A stretch of 64,000 nt of DNA from Thermoplasmata archaeon (GCA_028864975.1 JAGWLG010000002.1:96001-160000); one strand, 5' to 3'. Positions 36,537-46,992 are shown, counted from the first letter of the stretch. Notes: generated by a model not told the origin, from the sequence alone. Made by a program: numbers and translations.

Positions 36537-37687
36537 TCGACCGCGGCAAGGTCCAGGCCCGCCTGAAGGACTACCCCCTCCCGCCCGTGGTGGGGGCGGT
36601 GGCGTCCCACTCCGCGCTCGACGCGTTCGACGGGGCTTCCGCGGAGGGGTTCCGAACCCTCGCCATCTGTCAGCGGGGGCGCGAGAAGACCTACAGCCAG
36701 TACTACAGGGCTTTCCGCGACGTGACCGGGAACCTCCTCAAGGGCTGCGTCGACACCGCCTATGTGCTCGAGAAGTTCGACGACATTCTGGACGAAGGCG
36801 TCCAGGAGAAGCTCCGTCAGATGGGCACCCTCTTGGTGCCGAACCGCGCGCTCTCCTCCTACGTTCCCATCGATGAGGTCGAAGAGAAGCTCGCCCTGCC
36901 GATCCTCGGTTCCCGCGCGATGCTGCGCATCGAGGAGAGGAGCGAGCGGGAGAACTACTACACCCTCCTCGAGAAGGCGCAGATCCCGACCCCTCATCCC
37001 GTCGTCGACGTGAAGCAGATCGAGGGGCTCTCGATCGTGAAGCTCCCGCACGCGAAGAAGCGGTTGGAGCGAGGGTTCTTCACCTGTGCCTCCCACGCCG
37101 AGTTCCTCAAGAAATCCGGGGCCCTGCTCGCCCAAGGGACGGTGACCCAGGAAGACCTGGACCACGCGCGCGTGGAGCAGTACATCATCGGACCCGTGTT
37201 CAACCTGAACTTCTTCCTGAGCCCGCTCGCCCCCCGTATCGAACGCTTGGAGCTCCTGGGGGTCGACGAACGGCGCGAGAGCTCGCTGGACGGGATGGTC
37301 CGGCTTCCCGCGGAGCAGCAGCTGGCGTTGCCCGAGACCGCACGGATCCCGGAGTACACCGTCGTGGGTCACGGGAGCCTCACGCTGCGGGAGTCGCTCC
37401 TGGAGGAAGCGCTGAAGCTCGGGGAGAAGTTCGTGGATGCCGCGAAGGAGCGCTATCCTCCAGGGATCATCGGCCCCTTCTGTCTTCAGACCTGCGTGGA
37501 CAAGGACGGCAAGCCCTTCGTCTTCGATGTCGCCGTCCGCCTCGGCGGGGGGACGAACATCCACATGTCGCTCGGCCACCCCTACGGGAACACCCTTTGG
37601 AGGGTCCCGATGTCCTCGGGACGCCGACTCGCCTTCGAACTGCGTCGTGCCCTGGACGAGGGACGCTTGGAGGAGCTCGTCACATGA
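36533..37687 (+). CDS. purP: formate-dependent FAICAR synthetase PurP or PurP-like ATP-grasp protein
   Basis: ASHSALD, VPNR, ERGFF, LRESLL, GIIGPFCLQ, GGTN and PMSSGRRLA. GTGA overlap. Confidence 0.9.
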   Translation: MIDRGKVQARLKDYPLPPVVGAVASHSALDAFDGASAEGFRTLAICQRGREKTYSQYYRAFRDVTGNLLKGCVDTAYVLEKFDDILDEGVQEKLRQMGTLLVPNRALSSYVPIDEVEEKLALPILGSRAMLRIEERSERENYYTLLEKAQIPTPHPVVDVKQIEGLSIVKLPHAKKRLERGFFTCASHAEFLKKSGALLAQGTVTQEDLDHARVEQYIIGPVFNLNFFLSPLAPRIERLELLGVDERRESSLDGMVRLPAEQQLALPETARIPEYTVVGHGSLTLRESLLEEALKLGEKFVDAAKERYPPGIIGPFCLQTCVDKDGKPFVFDVAVRLGGGTNIHMSLGHPYGNTLWRVPMSSGRRLAFELRRALDEGRLEELVT

Positions 37688-38904
37688 GCGCATCCTCGCC
37701 CGCCACCGTGGCCGAGGCGACGCCCTCGCCCATCCTCAAGACCCCGCTCCACGACCTTCACGTGGAAGCGGGCGGGCACATGGTCCCCTTTGGAGGGTGG
37801 GAGATGCCGCTCTACTACACTCGGACCGGCATCCTCGAGGAGCACAAGGCCGTGCGGGAGCGGGTCGGGCTGTTCGACGTCTCCCACATGGGGATCGTCT
37901 CGATCGAAGGGAGGTCGTCCGCGGCTCTGCTGGCCCGCCGAACCCCGGCGAACGCCCTGACCACCCCCTCGGGCCGGTGCCGGTACTCCTTCTTCCTGGA
38001 CGCGGAGGCGAGGATGATCGACGACCTCATCTTCACCCGGCTAGATGAGGAGCCGGAGCCCACGAGCTTCCTCTTCGTTCCGAACGCCGGGACGACGCCA
38101 CGGGTCCTGGAGGTCCTGCTCCAGCACCGCCCGGAGGGGTGCGAGATCGTCCGCCACAACGGCAGCCTGGCGATCATCGCGGTGCAGGGTCCGCGGTCCC
38201 GAGAGCTGCTCGAGAACACTTACGGTTGGGACCTCTCGATGAAGATGTACACCGGGGGATTCTTCACCTTCGGAGAGAAGGGGCCGCGCCATTTCGGAAA
38301 GGGGTTCGCCTCGCGGCTTCGCGACGGGAAGGAGGCGTTCATCAGCCGAACGGGGTACACGGGCGAGCTAGGATTCGAGGTGTTCGTCTCCGGAACGCGG
38401 GCCGTCGAGATCTGGAAGCAGCTCTCCGCGAAGGGAGCGGTCCCTTGCGGCCTGGGAGCCCGGGACACGCTGCGCATGGAGAAGGGGTTCCTGCTCTCGG
38501 GCGTCGACTTCCATCGGGACCGGACCCCGCTCGAGGCCGTCATGGACCGCTTCCTCGACATGGACCACCCCTTCGTCGGACGGGAGGCCATGGAGAAGCA
38601 GCGGCAGGGGGGGAAGTACACGCGCTGGTCAGGGGTCCTGGTCGACGACCCCTCCACCATCCCTCGGCATGGGGCCCCGATCCTGCACAACGGGGCTCCG
38701 GTCGCCACGGTGAGCTCGGGTTGTCAATCTCCCACGCTGCATCGAGGGATCGCGCTCGCCTATCTCCCCCCGGAGCTCTCCACGACCGGGACCTCGCTCG
38801 AGATCGAGGTTCGCGGGCGGCGATGCGGTGCGAAGGTCGTCCCTCTCCCGTTCGTTCCGAACGCGCCGTCACCGAAGGCCTCGGCCCCACGAGCTGGGTC
38901 GTAG
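37684..38904 (+). CDS. gcvT: glycine cleavage system aminomethyltransferase T
   Basis: TPLHDLH, MVPFGGWEMPLYY, LFDVSHMG, SRTGYTGELGFE and GLGARDTLRME. Confidence 0.95.
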   Translation: MSASSPATVAEATPSPILKTPLHDLHVEAGGHMVPFGGWEMPLYYTRTGILEEHKAVRERVGLFDVSHMGIVSIEGRSSAALLARRTPANALTTPSGRCRYSFFLDAEARMIDDLIFTRLDEEPEPTSFLFVPNAGTTPRVLEVLLQHRPEGCEIVRHNGSLAIIAVQGPRSRELLENTYGWDLSMKMYTGGFFTFGEKGPRHFGKGFASRLRDGKEAFISRTGYTGELGFEVFVSGTRAVEIWKQLSAKGAVPCGLGARDTLRMEKGFLLSGVDFHRDRTPLEAVMDRFLDMDHPFVGREAMEKQRQGGKYTRWSGVLVDDPSTIPRHGAPILHNGAPVATVSSGCQSPTLHRGIALAYLPPELSTTGTSLEIEVRGRRCGAKVVPLPFVPNAPSPKASAPRAGS

Positions 38905-38931
38905 GCTCCCGCTCCCCGATGGAAGCCTGAA

Positions 38932-39342
38932 GTGCCTCGCGCCTCCCTCACAACCGTGGCGCGACCCCCAGCCCGACGGCGTTTCGGTCACGTCGCGGCG
39001 TGGCTCCGGCTGCGCCTGCCCCCTCCGACGGCGCCGGTCGTGCTCTTGGGCGACCGTCCACCGCCGATGCCGCCCCTGGACCTTCTCGCCCCCGAGCCCG
39101 TGTCGACCGACCCCACGAAGCGGATCTTTACCTGGGAGGAGCCGTGGGGACAGGGGGTCCTGCGTTTGAAGTGGGACGCGGACTCGGCCGAGGTCCTCGA
39201 AGCCGAGTACCGCCTGGAAGCGCGACGCCAACCCTCGCCCTCGGAGGTCAGGGAGTTCTGGGGCGAGGTCAAGAGGAGGGTCGCGGAGCTCGGAACCCTC
39301 CCGGTGGAGGGGGCCGACCCGGTCCCCCGCGGATCAACCTAG
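38932..39342 (+). CDS. hypothetical protein
   Basis: 136-aa ORF filling the gap, with an ordered-looking core (RIFTWEEPWGQGVLRLKWD...EFWGEVKRRV). No family recognised. Confidence 0.5.
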   Translation: MPRASLTTVARPPARRRFGHVAAWLRLRLPPPTAPVVLLGDRPPPMPPLDLLAPEPVSTDPTKRIFTWEEPWGQGVLRLKWDADSAEVLEAEYRLEARRQPSPSEVREFWGEVKRRVAELGTLPVEGADPVPRGST

Positions 39343-41745
39343 GACCGCGCCGCGGAGCCGCTCGAAGACCCCCAGCATCTCGAGACCCGAGCGCGCCGCT
39401 CGCTCCGATTCGGCGATGGGGCGCGTCGAGAGGGTCGTCCGGACCTCGGGGAGCCTTCCCAGGCCGGCCATGGGGACCAGACGCTCGACGACGCGCGGCA
39501 GCATGGCGGTGCCCGTGTAGACCTTCTCCAGAGCATCCAGATGGTCCCGGAACCACGGCCAGACGACCGCGTTCGCGTCCGGGTTCCGAGCCGCCGCTAC
39601 GCCGACACTGCCCAACATCCCACGGCTCACGCCTCCGCTCACGGCCCAGTCCAAGGTCCGAGCGACGAGGTGGCCGTCGTGGAAGGAGACCAAGCCCCCG
39701 ATCAACTGTTCGAGCTCCGACTCGGTCCGCGCCCCCTGAGCGCGTTCGACGAGGGGATCGAAGGCGGAGCTGCCTCCGCTTCGCGCCATCGCGATGGCCA
39801 CCGGCCCCCGCAGGTCGGGGTCCATGTCCGACCACTCTCGGAACCTCACCGACAGCAGCCTCGCGAAGTCGGGGTCGAGGTAGGCACGGTCCGAGTTCAC
39901 CGTCTCACGGGCGATCCCCGTCGCCGCGGGCTCTCCGGGTCGCTTCTCGAGGCCGAGCCGCTCGCTCTGGACCTCGAGGAACCGCCGGACCTCCGAGACC
40001 AGGGGGCCCTGATGTCCGAAGATGGTGAAGAGGCGAGAGGCCTGCCCGGCCGCCTCCAGGGTCACGACAGCGTCGGTCTCCTCCCGGAGCTTCCGCAGGT
40101 GATGGATGTAGACCTCCGGTGTCACGTCCCTGGAAAGGAGGAAAGCGAAGAGGTCGCGCAGGACCGCCCACCGCTCGTGGGAAGGGAGGCCGGAAGGCCG
40201 CTGTCCCATTCGCTCGTACGTGGCCGGGTCGTAGAGCACACGATAGAATCCTGCGCTGCCCGCGTTCAGGCAGAGGTCATCGCAGTTCGGAAGGCGGAGC
40301 TCTCGTGAGGCCGTGTCGAAGAGCTCGCGTCGCACCTCCCCTTGGGCGCGGATGGTGAGCGGGACAGGCCAGACCTCCTCGGAGTGCTTGCCGTGAAGCC
40401 GGAAGCGGCGTTGGGTGAGGTGGACGTGGTCCCCCTGCCGCTCCACCTTGACCACGGGATGTCCCGAGCGACGGACCCAAGGATCGATGATCCGACGCAC
40501 AGGCACCCCGGAGCGCTTCTCGAGCGCTCCCCAGAGGTGGTCCCCGCGCGCGTTCCCGTACGCGTGGGCCCGGAGGTAGTCGCCCACCCCCTCGCGGAAG
40601 ACCTGTTCCCCAAGGTAGGCCTCGAGCATGCGAAGGACGCTCCCACCCTTCCCGTAGCTGATGTCGTCGAAGATCTGTCCGATCTCGTCGACGTTGTGGA
40701 CCTCGACGTCGATCGGATGCGTGGAATCGAGCGAGTCGTTCAGGAGCGAGGTCCCGGTCTCGCTCACCAGGAAGAGCCCGAGGGTGTCCCAGCTCGGGTA
40801 GTTCCTGTCGACCATCTTGAACCCCATGAACGTCGCAAAACTCTCGTTGAGCCAGATGTCGTTCCACCACTCCATCGTCACGAGGTTGCCGAACCACTGG
40901 TGAGCGATCTCGTGCGCGACGACCTCGGCGATCACTTGACGTCGGAAGGTGCTCGTCCGGTCATCGGCGAGGAGGGCGGACTCCCGGAAGGTGATGGCGC
41001 CCCAGTTCTCCATCGCCCCTGCGGCGAAGTCCTTCACCGAGACGAGGTCGAGCTTGGGAAGGGGGTAGGGGATCCCGTAGTAGTCGGCGTAGGCCCGTAC
41101 CGCGAGGTGGCCGTTCTCGAGCCCCCAACCGAACGACTCCCTCGTTCCGGGGGGCCCCTTCACCGCGACCCGCAACCCACTGCGGGTTTCCTCCAGGGTG
41201 TCGAACTCTCCTATCCCGAGGTAGAGGAGATAGGTCGACATCTTGGGCGTGGGGGGGAACTTCCAGGTCTTGCGGTCCCCTGTGGCCACGACCTCCTTGG
41301 GGTCGGTGTTGAAGATCACCTCGAGCCCGGCATCCGCCGTTACCTCGGCCTCGAAGGTCGCCTTCGCGGCAGGGTGGTCGATACAAGGGAAGACACGTCG
41401 GGCGCCCGTGGGGGCAAGGTGCGTGGTCAGGAAGTAGCTCTCCGTACCGTGATGGGAACGGTAGAACCCGGAGAGCGAGTCCACGCTCACGCGGCCGCGG
41501 AAGCCCACGATCAGCTCCGAAGTTCCTGGGGGGATGCCTTTCACCCGGAGCTCTTCCGCGGAGGGCACGGTCTCGAACTCGAGGGCTCGTCCTTGAGCTT
41601 CCACCCTATCGATCTCGAGGCCGATACTGTTCAGGGTCAGTTCGGACGTCGCGCCACGGAGGCCGATCCTGACGACTCCGGAGAACGCGAGGCCCGCGAA
41701 ATCCACGTCCAAGGAAAGGCGGTAGGAGGAAGCGGGGATGCTCAA
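39334..41745 (-). CDS. M1 family aminopeptidase (tricorn-interacting factor F2/F3-like)
   Basis: ARRVFPCIDHP, AGAMENWG, HEIAHQWFGNLVT...LNESFA and YGKGG. TTG start. Confidence 0.95.
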   Translation of the reverse strand: MSIPASSYRLSLDVDFAGLAFSGVVRIGLRGATSELTLNSIGLEIDRVEAQGRALEFETVPSAEELRVKGIPPGTSELIVGFRGRVSVDSLSGFYRSHHGTESYFLTTHLAPTGARRVFPCIDHPAAKATFEAEVTADAGLEVIFNTDPKEVVATGDRKTWKFPPTPKMSTYLLYLGIGEFDTLEETRSGLRVAVKGPPGTRESFGWGLENGHLAVRAYADYYGIPYPLPKLDLVSVKDFAAGAMENWGAITFRESALLADDRTSTFRRQVIAEVVAHEIAHQWFGNLVTMEWWNDIWLNESFATFMGFKMVDRNYPSWDTLGLFLVSETGTSLLNDSLDSTHPIDVEVHNVDEIGQIFDDISYGKGGSVLRMLEAYLGEQVFREGVGDYLRAHAYGNARGDHLWGALEKRSGVPVRRIIDPWVRRSGHPVVKVERQGDHVHLTQRRFRLHGKHSEEVWPVPLTIRAQGEVRRELFDTASRELRLPNCDDLCLNAGSAGFYRVLYDPATYERMGQRPSGLPSHERWAVLRDLFAFLLSRDVTPEVYIHHLRKLREETDAVVTLEAAGQASRLFTIFGHQGPLVSEVRRFLEVQSERLGLEKRPGEPAATGIARETVNSDRAYLDPDFARLLSVRFREWSDMDPDLRGPVAIAMARSGGSSAFDPLVERAQGARTESELEQLIGGLVSFHDGHLVARTLDWAVSGGVSRGMLGSVGVAAARNPDANAVVWPWFRDHLDALEKVYTGTAMLPRVVERLVPMAGLGRLPEVRTTLSTRPIAESERAARSGLEMLGVFERLRGAVLG

Positions 41746-41828
41746 TCAGGCGCCAAGGGGGGGATTACTCTTACGGGGCATCCTATCCCCTGTGCGACCG
41801 CGGTCCGGGACCCGCAAGGGTTCGGTTC

Positions 41829-43235
41829 TCACGAAGGTTGACGCCGAGAGGCCGCGGCGCACCAATCCTCGTACCCCCCCACCAACCGGAGCACCCGGGT
41901 GAAGCCGGCCTGCTCGAGGATGCCCGCCGCGATGTCCGCGCGATAACCGTACGCACAATGCACCACGACCGGGGCATCCCGGGGGACCTCTCCCGACCGC
42001 TGCGGAAGGGTGGCCAAGGGGATGTTGAGACTTCCCGGAACGTGGCCCCGGAACCATTCATGGGCTTCTCGGACGTCGACCACGACGAGGGGTTCCTCCG
42101 AACGCAGCCGTTCCACGAGCGCGGGAGCCTCGATGAGCTTCGTCGAGGCGACGGGACGCCCGGCATCCGCCCAGGTCTCGAACCCCCCCGCCAGGAATCC
42201 CACCACCCTGTCGAAACCGATCCGGAAGAGCTGCCGGGTCGCTTCTCGGGCCTCCCGCTCGTCGCGGGAGAGGAGGAGGATGGCCCGCTCGGGGGAGAAG
42301 AGCCAGCCCACCCACGCGCTCATGGGCCCGTCCGCCCCGATCGCGTAACCCCCGGGGACATGGGCCTGGTCGTGCTCTGGGGCGGTCCTCGTGTCGAGCA
42401 CGATGGCGCCCTCGGCCCGTGCCCGGTCGAAATCCTCCAACCCCAGGGCCCTCGGGGTGGGGCACGCGCCCCCGAAGAGTCGGACCCCGGCCGAGTTGAG
42501 CGCGCGCATGCGCCGGAAGTACTGGGGGAAGGGCCCCTGTTCGAGGATCCGCGAGACGAACTCGTCCAGCGTGCGGGCTCGGATCAGGGGATTGCTCGCC
42601 TTCTCCTCTCGGACGGTGCTGACGCGCCGGTCGGTGCACTCGGCGGAGCAGAAGGAACCTCCACCATGCGTCGGAAGCAGTCGCACGTCGCCCGGGAGGT
42701 GGAGAAGGCGCTCGTGGATCGACCGGTGGAGGTCGCGGGCCAACGGGCGGGCGAGCAAGGGGCCAAGCAGGTCGGTGCGACCTGCGCCCCCCACGGTGAG
42801 CGCTCCGCCGGAGAACAGCGCGACAGGCTTGCCTCCGGGGTCGACCAGGAGGTAGCTCACGTGCTCGGGAGTGTGGCCCGGGGTCGCGAGGACCTGAAGC
42901 TTCCAGCCTCCCAGCCGAACCTCCTCCCTGTCGCGCAGCGGTCGGTGGGAGTAGGTGAGCTCGGCCACGGCGCTCGAGCCGATCTCGGCTCCGGCCGAGG
43001 AAGCGAGTTCTCGGGCGCCGGAGATGAAATCGTTGTGGATGTGCGTCTCCAGTGCGAGGAGGACCTCCCGCTCGGAGCGGGGCAGCCGCGCGAGGTACCC
43101 GTCGACGTCCCTGAGCGGGTCGATGACGGCGGAGCTTCCCTCGCCTCGGACCGTCACGACGTACGAGCAGTTGCCCAGTTCGGGTGCGACCCACTGGGTG
43201 ACGGTGAGCCGTGGGTCCAGTTCGAGCGGGACCAC
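41829..43235 (-). CDS. MBL-fold hydrolase fused to rhodanese domains (persulfide dioxygenase/sulfurtransferase-like)
   Basis: ETHIHNDF, TPGHTPEH, an internal pseudo-rhodanese domain and a C-terminal rhodanese VHCAYGYRA. Start uncertain (GTG 43235 chosen). Confidence 0.85.
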   Translation of the reverse strand: MVPLELDPRLTVTQWVAPELGNCSYVVTVRGEGSSAVIDPLRDVDGYLARLPRSEREVLLALETHIHNDFISGARELASSAGAEIGSSAVAELTYSHRPLRDREEVRLGGWKLQVLATPGHTPEHVSYLLVDPGGKPVALFSGGALTVGGAGRTDLLGPLLARPLARDLHRSIHERLLHLPGDVRLLPTHGGGSFCSAECTDRRVSTVREEKASNPLIRARTLDEFVSRILEQGPFPQYFRRMRALNSAGVRLFGGACPTPRALGLEDFDRARAEGAIVLDTRTAPEHDQAHVPGGYAIGADGPMSAWVGWLFSPERAILLLSRDEREAREATRQLFRIGFDRVVGFLAGGFETWADAGRPVASTKLIEAPALVERLRSEEPLVVVDVREAHEWFRGHVPGSLNIPLATLPQRSGEVPRDAPVVVHCAYGYRADIAAGILEQAGFTRVLRLVGGYEDWCAAASRRQPS

Positions 43236-43410
43236 CTCGAAGCCCTCAGGGCGAGGGTCGGGCGCAGCCCGTGATCGGAGCGACGTCGGGCGAGGACGGG
43301 GGGACGAGGACGCATGCGCCGACGTGCGAGGGCGCGGAGGCACACATCGCGGAAGGCCCCCTCGCCCATAAGGCGACGGGGTGGCCCGTGCCTGAGCTTC
43401 CACCAGCATT

Positions 43411-45999
43411 ATGTCAGGCGCCGTGCCTCTTCGCCAGGAACGCATGCTGGCCTCCGTCGCTCCCCGGTCCGAGCCTCGTCTCATCGGCCGGACGGACCTC
43501 TTGGCCGAGGCCCGAAGGCTCCTTCACGAAGAGGGAGCGTCTCGTAGCCCCGTCCTGCTGGTCGTGGGAGCCACAGGGATCGGGAAGTCCACCTTCGTCC
43601 GTGAGGTCGTTCGCGAGGAGCGCGAGAGGGGCACCCTGGTCCTCGAAGGCCGGGCGCTGCCGATGGACCTCCCGCCCCCGTACTTCGTGCTACAGGAGGC
43701 CCTGCGGGAGCTTCCCGCCGTGCGACGCCAGGCGGAGGAAGCGGACCGTGGGGCCGCGAACATCGGGGTCGCCGGCATCGGCATCCTTCGGGGTTCGGAC
43801 CGCAGCGGACGATCCCTCATGCCCCTCGGGATGTTGCCCTTCGAGTCGGAGTCGGAGAGCGCGAAGGACCGTGAGGCTCGGCTCTTGGAAGCGCTCTCGG
43901 GCGACGAGCCCTCCGTGGAAGAAGGGCGGATGGAGCTCTTCGACGGGCTCGCGTCGCACCTCGAGGACGTCGCGGCCGAGTCGCCCCTGCTCCTGGTCCT
44001 CGAGGACCTCCATCACGCGGACGAAGGTTCGCTGGAGTTCCTCTCGTTCCTCGCGCGGCGAGGCCGGCAGGCATCCTTGGCTGTACTGGTCACGTCGGTC
44101 CCCGAGGCCGAGCTACCCCCTCAGGTCAGGGCGCACCTCGAGGGCTTGGCCAAAGATGGGGTGCTCCGCCGTGTGGCGCTACGCCCTCTCACGGAAGCAG
44201 AGGCCACGGAGTTCGTGGAGGTGCTTGCCCCGGGGAAGAACGTGCCGGGAGCGACGCTCACGAAGTGGTACACGTTGACCGAAGGCAACCCTCTCTTCCT
44301 CGAGCAGTTGGTTCGTGGAGAGGTGCTCTCTCCCGGCTCCACCGAGGGGGCGCCGAGGGAGGTCGACCTGGGAGAGCTCCCCCGGGGCGAGGAGTTGCGG
44401 CAGGCGCTGCGGCGTCGATTGCGGGAGATGAAGGAGCCCGAACGCCGGGCCCTCTCCTACGCGAGCGTCCTCGGCAAGGAGTTCAGCTTCCCCACTCTCC
44501 ATCGTGCTTGCGGGGAGGAGGAGGAGCTCCTGGCGGAGGCCGTGGAGTCCCTCGTGCGCCGCGGACTTCTCCGTGAGAAGGGGGGAGAACATCTGGAGTT
44601 CGTGCACGAGGAGCTTCGGGTCGAGGTCTATACCTCCCTGACCGAGGTCCGACGGAACATCCTCCACCGCAAGGTCGCGGAGGCCCTGGAGAAGGATCTT
44701 CCGCGCGAGGGAAGTCCAGATCCCCGGGTGGTCTACGAGCTGGCCCGGCATTGGTACCTGGCCCAGTCGGACGAGAAGGCGCTCGAGTACAACCGACGGG
44801 CCGCGGAGCTGGGGAAGAAGGCGTTGTCGCCCACGACGGCCGCCTACCATCTCGAGCGCGCCCTGGAGGTCCACCGTCGTGTTCGACCCCACGACCGCTC
44901 GGGGGAGGTCTCGCTCGCGGTGGAGCTCGCCTTGCAGCTGGATGCCGTCGGAGAGGTCCCTCGGGCATCGGCGGTCCTCGAGGAGATGCGGGTGCAGGCC
45001 CATCGGACCCGGGAGGGGTTCGCCCCGCGCGACCGCGCGCGTCTCGCCATCCACCTGGCGAAGATCCTGACGCACGCGGGAGAGATGCAGCGGGCCTACC
45101 CGCTCACGAACGAAGCGCTCGAGGCGCTCGGGAAGGAGGGGGAGCCCCAGCTTCTCGGGCACGCGCACCGGTTGCGCGGGACCGTGGAGTTCTACCGTGG
45201 GCATTACCCCGAGGCCGAACAGGAGTACGCCCGGTCGCAGGAGTTCTTCGAGAAGGCCGAGAGCCCGATGGACGTGGCGAGGTCGAAGATCTCCCTCGCG
45301 AACGTCCGGTCGATGAAGCGGCCTTCCCCACCGGTCAAGGAGGTGGAAGCGTTGTACCGTGGATCGATCGAGGACCTCGAGGCGAATGGCCAGCCCGGGG
45401 AGGCGGCGACCGCCTCGAACAACCTGGCGCTGTTCTACCTTGAGCAGGTCGGGGTCGAGAAGGCGATGGAGGAGATGGCCCGAGCCCTCCACCTGGCCCA
45501 GAAAGGGAAGGACCCTCGCATGCTCGGGTGGTGCGAGTTCAACATGGCGGACCTCAAGCTCCGGACCCGAGAGTTGGACGAGGCCGAGCGCTTGAACCGG
45601 CAGGCCCGCGAGCACCTGGGGAAGGTCGGGGACCGGATCGCGCTCATCCAGGTCGCGCTCAACGAAGGGAGGCTCTTCCAGGCGAGGGGCGACTTCCCCC
45701 ACGCGGAGCTCGCGTTGCTCGACGCCTACCGGCAGGCGCGGGAGGTCTCGTTGGAACCGGACGAGCTCGAGGTCCTGTTGCGCCTGTGCGAGCTCTCGCT
45801 GGAGAAAGGGGAGCTCGAGTCCACCGCGCAGAAGGTCGCAGAGCTCGAGGGCCGCTCCTTCCGGTCGGTCCGTCCTGACATGGCCCCGGAACTCGAGAAG
45901 GTCCGTGAAGCGCTCAAGAGCCGGGGCGTCGCGCTGCCGTCCGTGAGCTCAAGCCCCGGGTCCGAGCCGGTGCAGGCCCACGAAGGCTCGGGGACCTAG
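43411..45999 (+). CDS. STAND-like AAA ATPase with C-terminal TPR repeats
   Basis: Walker A GATGIGKST, Walker B LLVLEDLH, EGNPLFLEQL, FVHEELR...LHRKVA, then many TPR-like helices. Confidence 0.85.
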   Translation: MSGAVPLRQERMLASVAPRSEPRLIGRTDLLAEARRLLHEEGASRSPVLLVVGATGIGKSTFVREVVREERERGTLVLEGRALPMDLPPPYFVLQEALRELPAVRRQAEEADRGAANIGVAGIGILRGSDRSGRSLMPLGMLPFESESESAKDREARLLEALSGDEPSVEEGRMELFDGLASHLEDVAAESPLLLVLEDLHHADEGSLEFLSFLARRGRQASLAVLVTSVPEAELPPQVRAHLEGLAKDGVLRRVALRPLTEAEATEFVEVLAPGKNVPGATLTKWYTLTEGNPLFLEQLVRGEVLSPGSTEGAPREVDLGELPRGEELRQALRRRLREMKEPERRALSYASVLGKEFSFPTLHRACGEEEELLAEAVESLVRRGLLREKGGEHLEFVHEELRVEVYTSLTEVRRNILHRKVAEALEKDLPREGSPDPRVVYELARHWYLAQSDEKALEYNRRAAELGKKALSPTTAAYHLERALEVHRRVRPHDRSGEVSLAVELALQLDAVGEVPRASAVLEEMRVQAHRTREGFAPRDRARLAIHLAKILTHAGEMQRAYPLTNEALEALGKEGEPQLLGHAHRLRGTVEFYRGHYPEAEQEYARSQEFFEKAESPMDVARSKISLANVRSMKRPSPPVKEVEALYRGSIEDLEANGQPGEAATASNNLALFYLEQVGVEKAMEEMARALHLAQKGKDPRMLGWCEFNMADLKLRTRELDEAERLNRQAREHLGKVGDRIALIQVALNEGRLFQARGDFPHAELALLDAYRQAREVSLEPDELEVLLRLCELSLEKGELESTAQKVAELEGRSFRSVRPDMAPELEKVREALKSRGVALPSVSSSPGSEPVQAHEGSGT

Positions 46000-46046
46000 G
46001 CATGCCCCACCCCGACGAACGAGGGCGCCCCTCCGGGAAGGGACGC

Positions 46047-46958
46047 ATGCCGCTCGTCGTCCCCGACCTGGCACCCCGTCCGCTCTCCGCCGCGGTTCGC
46101 CGATGGTTGAGCGAGGACCGGACCCGTCAGGACATCACCTCCCGTCTCGCGATCCCCCCCCGGACCGCGGCTCATGGCCTCGTCGTGGCCCAGGCCAAGG
46201 GCGTGATGAGCGGCATCCCCCCGGTCCTGGAGATCGCCCGGCAACTGGGGCTACATGCCCGTCCACTGCTTCGCGAGGGTTCCCGCGTCCGAGCAGGAGA
46301 CGCCGTGCTCGAAGTGTGGGGCGACGCCCGGAAGCTCCTCGCCTCAGAGCGGACGATGCTGAACGTCCTCATGCACCTCTCGGGGGTCGCGACCGCGACG
46401 GCGCGCGGGGTCGAGTCCGTCAGGAGATCCGGAGGAAGGACCCTCGTGGCCGCGACCCGCAAAACGCTCCCAGGCCTCCGCGACCTCGAGAAAGCGGCCG
46501 TGGTCCACGGTGGAGGGGACCCTCATCGGCGGGACCTTTCGAGCACGGTCCTCGTCAAGAACAATCATCTCGCCCTGGTCCCTCTACGGGAGCTCCTGCG
46601 ATGCCTTCGTTCGCAGAAGGCCCGCGGCGTCTCGGTCATCGTCGAAGCGCGGTCGGTTCGGGATGCGATGACCGCGGCCCGAGAAGGTGCGGACCGCCTG
46701 TTGCTCGACAACATGTCTCCCCAGCGCGTGAGGGCGCTGATCCGTGCGCTCCAATCCGCGGGGCTGCGCGACGGCGTCGTCGTCGAAGTGTCAGGAGGCA
46801 TCGACCCGAAGTCTGTGCGGCGGTATGCTCGTACCGGGGCGGACGTCGCCTCGATGGGAAGCTTGACCCACTCAGCTCCCGCGCTTCCCTACCACTTGGT
46901 CGTGCGACCGGCCCGTCGGTCCAAGGGTAGAAAAGCCTCGGGGTCCGGGCCCTCTTAA
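46047..46958 (+). CDS. nadC: nicotinate-nucleotide diphosphorylase (carboxylating)
   Basis: DITS, ERTMLN, ATRKTLPGLR, HRRDLS, VKNNH, LLDNM and SGGI. The start could also be 46002. Confidence 0.93.
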   Translation: MPLVVPDLAPRPLSAAVRRWLSEDRTRQDITSRLAIPPRTAAHGLVVAQAKGVMSGIPPVLEIARQLGLHARPLLREGSRVRAGDAVLEVWGDARKLLASERTMLNVLMHLSGVATATARGVESVRRSGGRTLVAATRKTLPGLRDLEKAAVVHGGGDPHRRDLSSTVLVKNNHLALVPLRELLRCLRSQKARGVSVIVEARSVRDAMTAAREGADRLLLDNMSPQRVRALIRALQSAGLRDGVVVEVSGGIDPKSVRRYARTGADVASMGSLTHSAPALPYHLVVRPARRSKGRKASGSGPS

Positions 46959-46992
46959 GTCCCTGCGGGCCCTGACACGGCCGTAGGCGGAC

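Noticed and set aside
43670-43690. PPPY motif in the STAND ATPase
   Set aside because: It falls in the usual PY segment after the first ATPase strands and is internal, so it is not evidence of a WW-binding motif.
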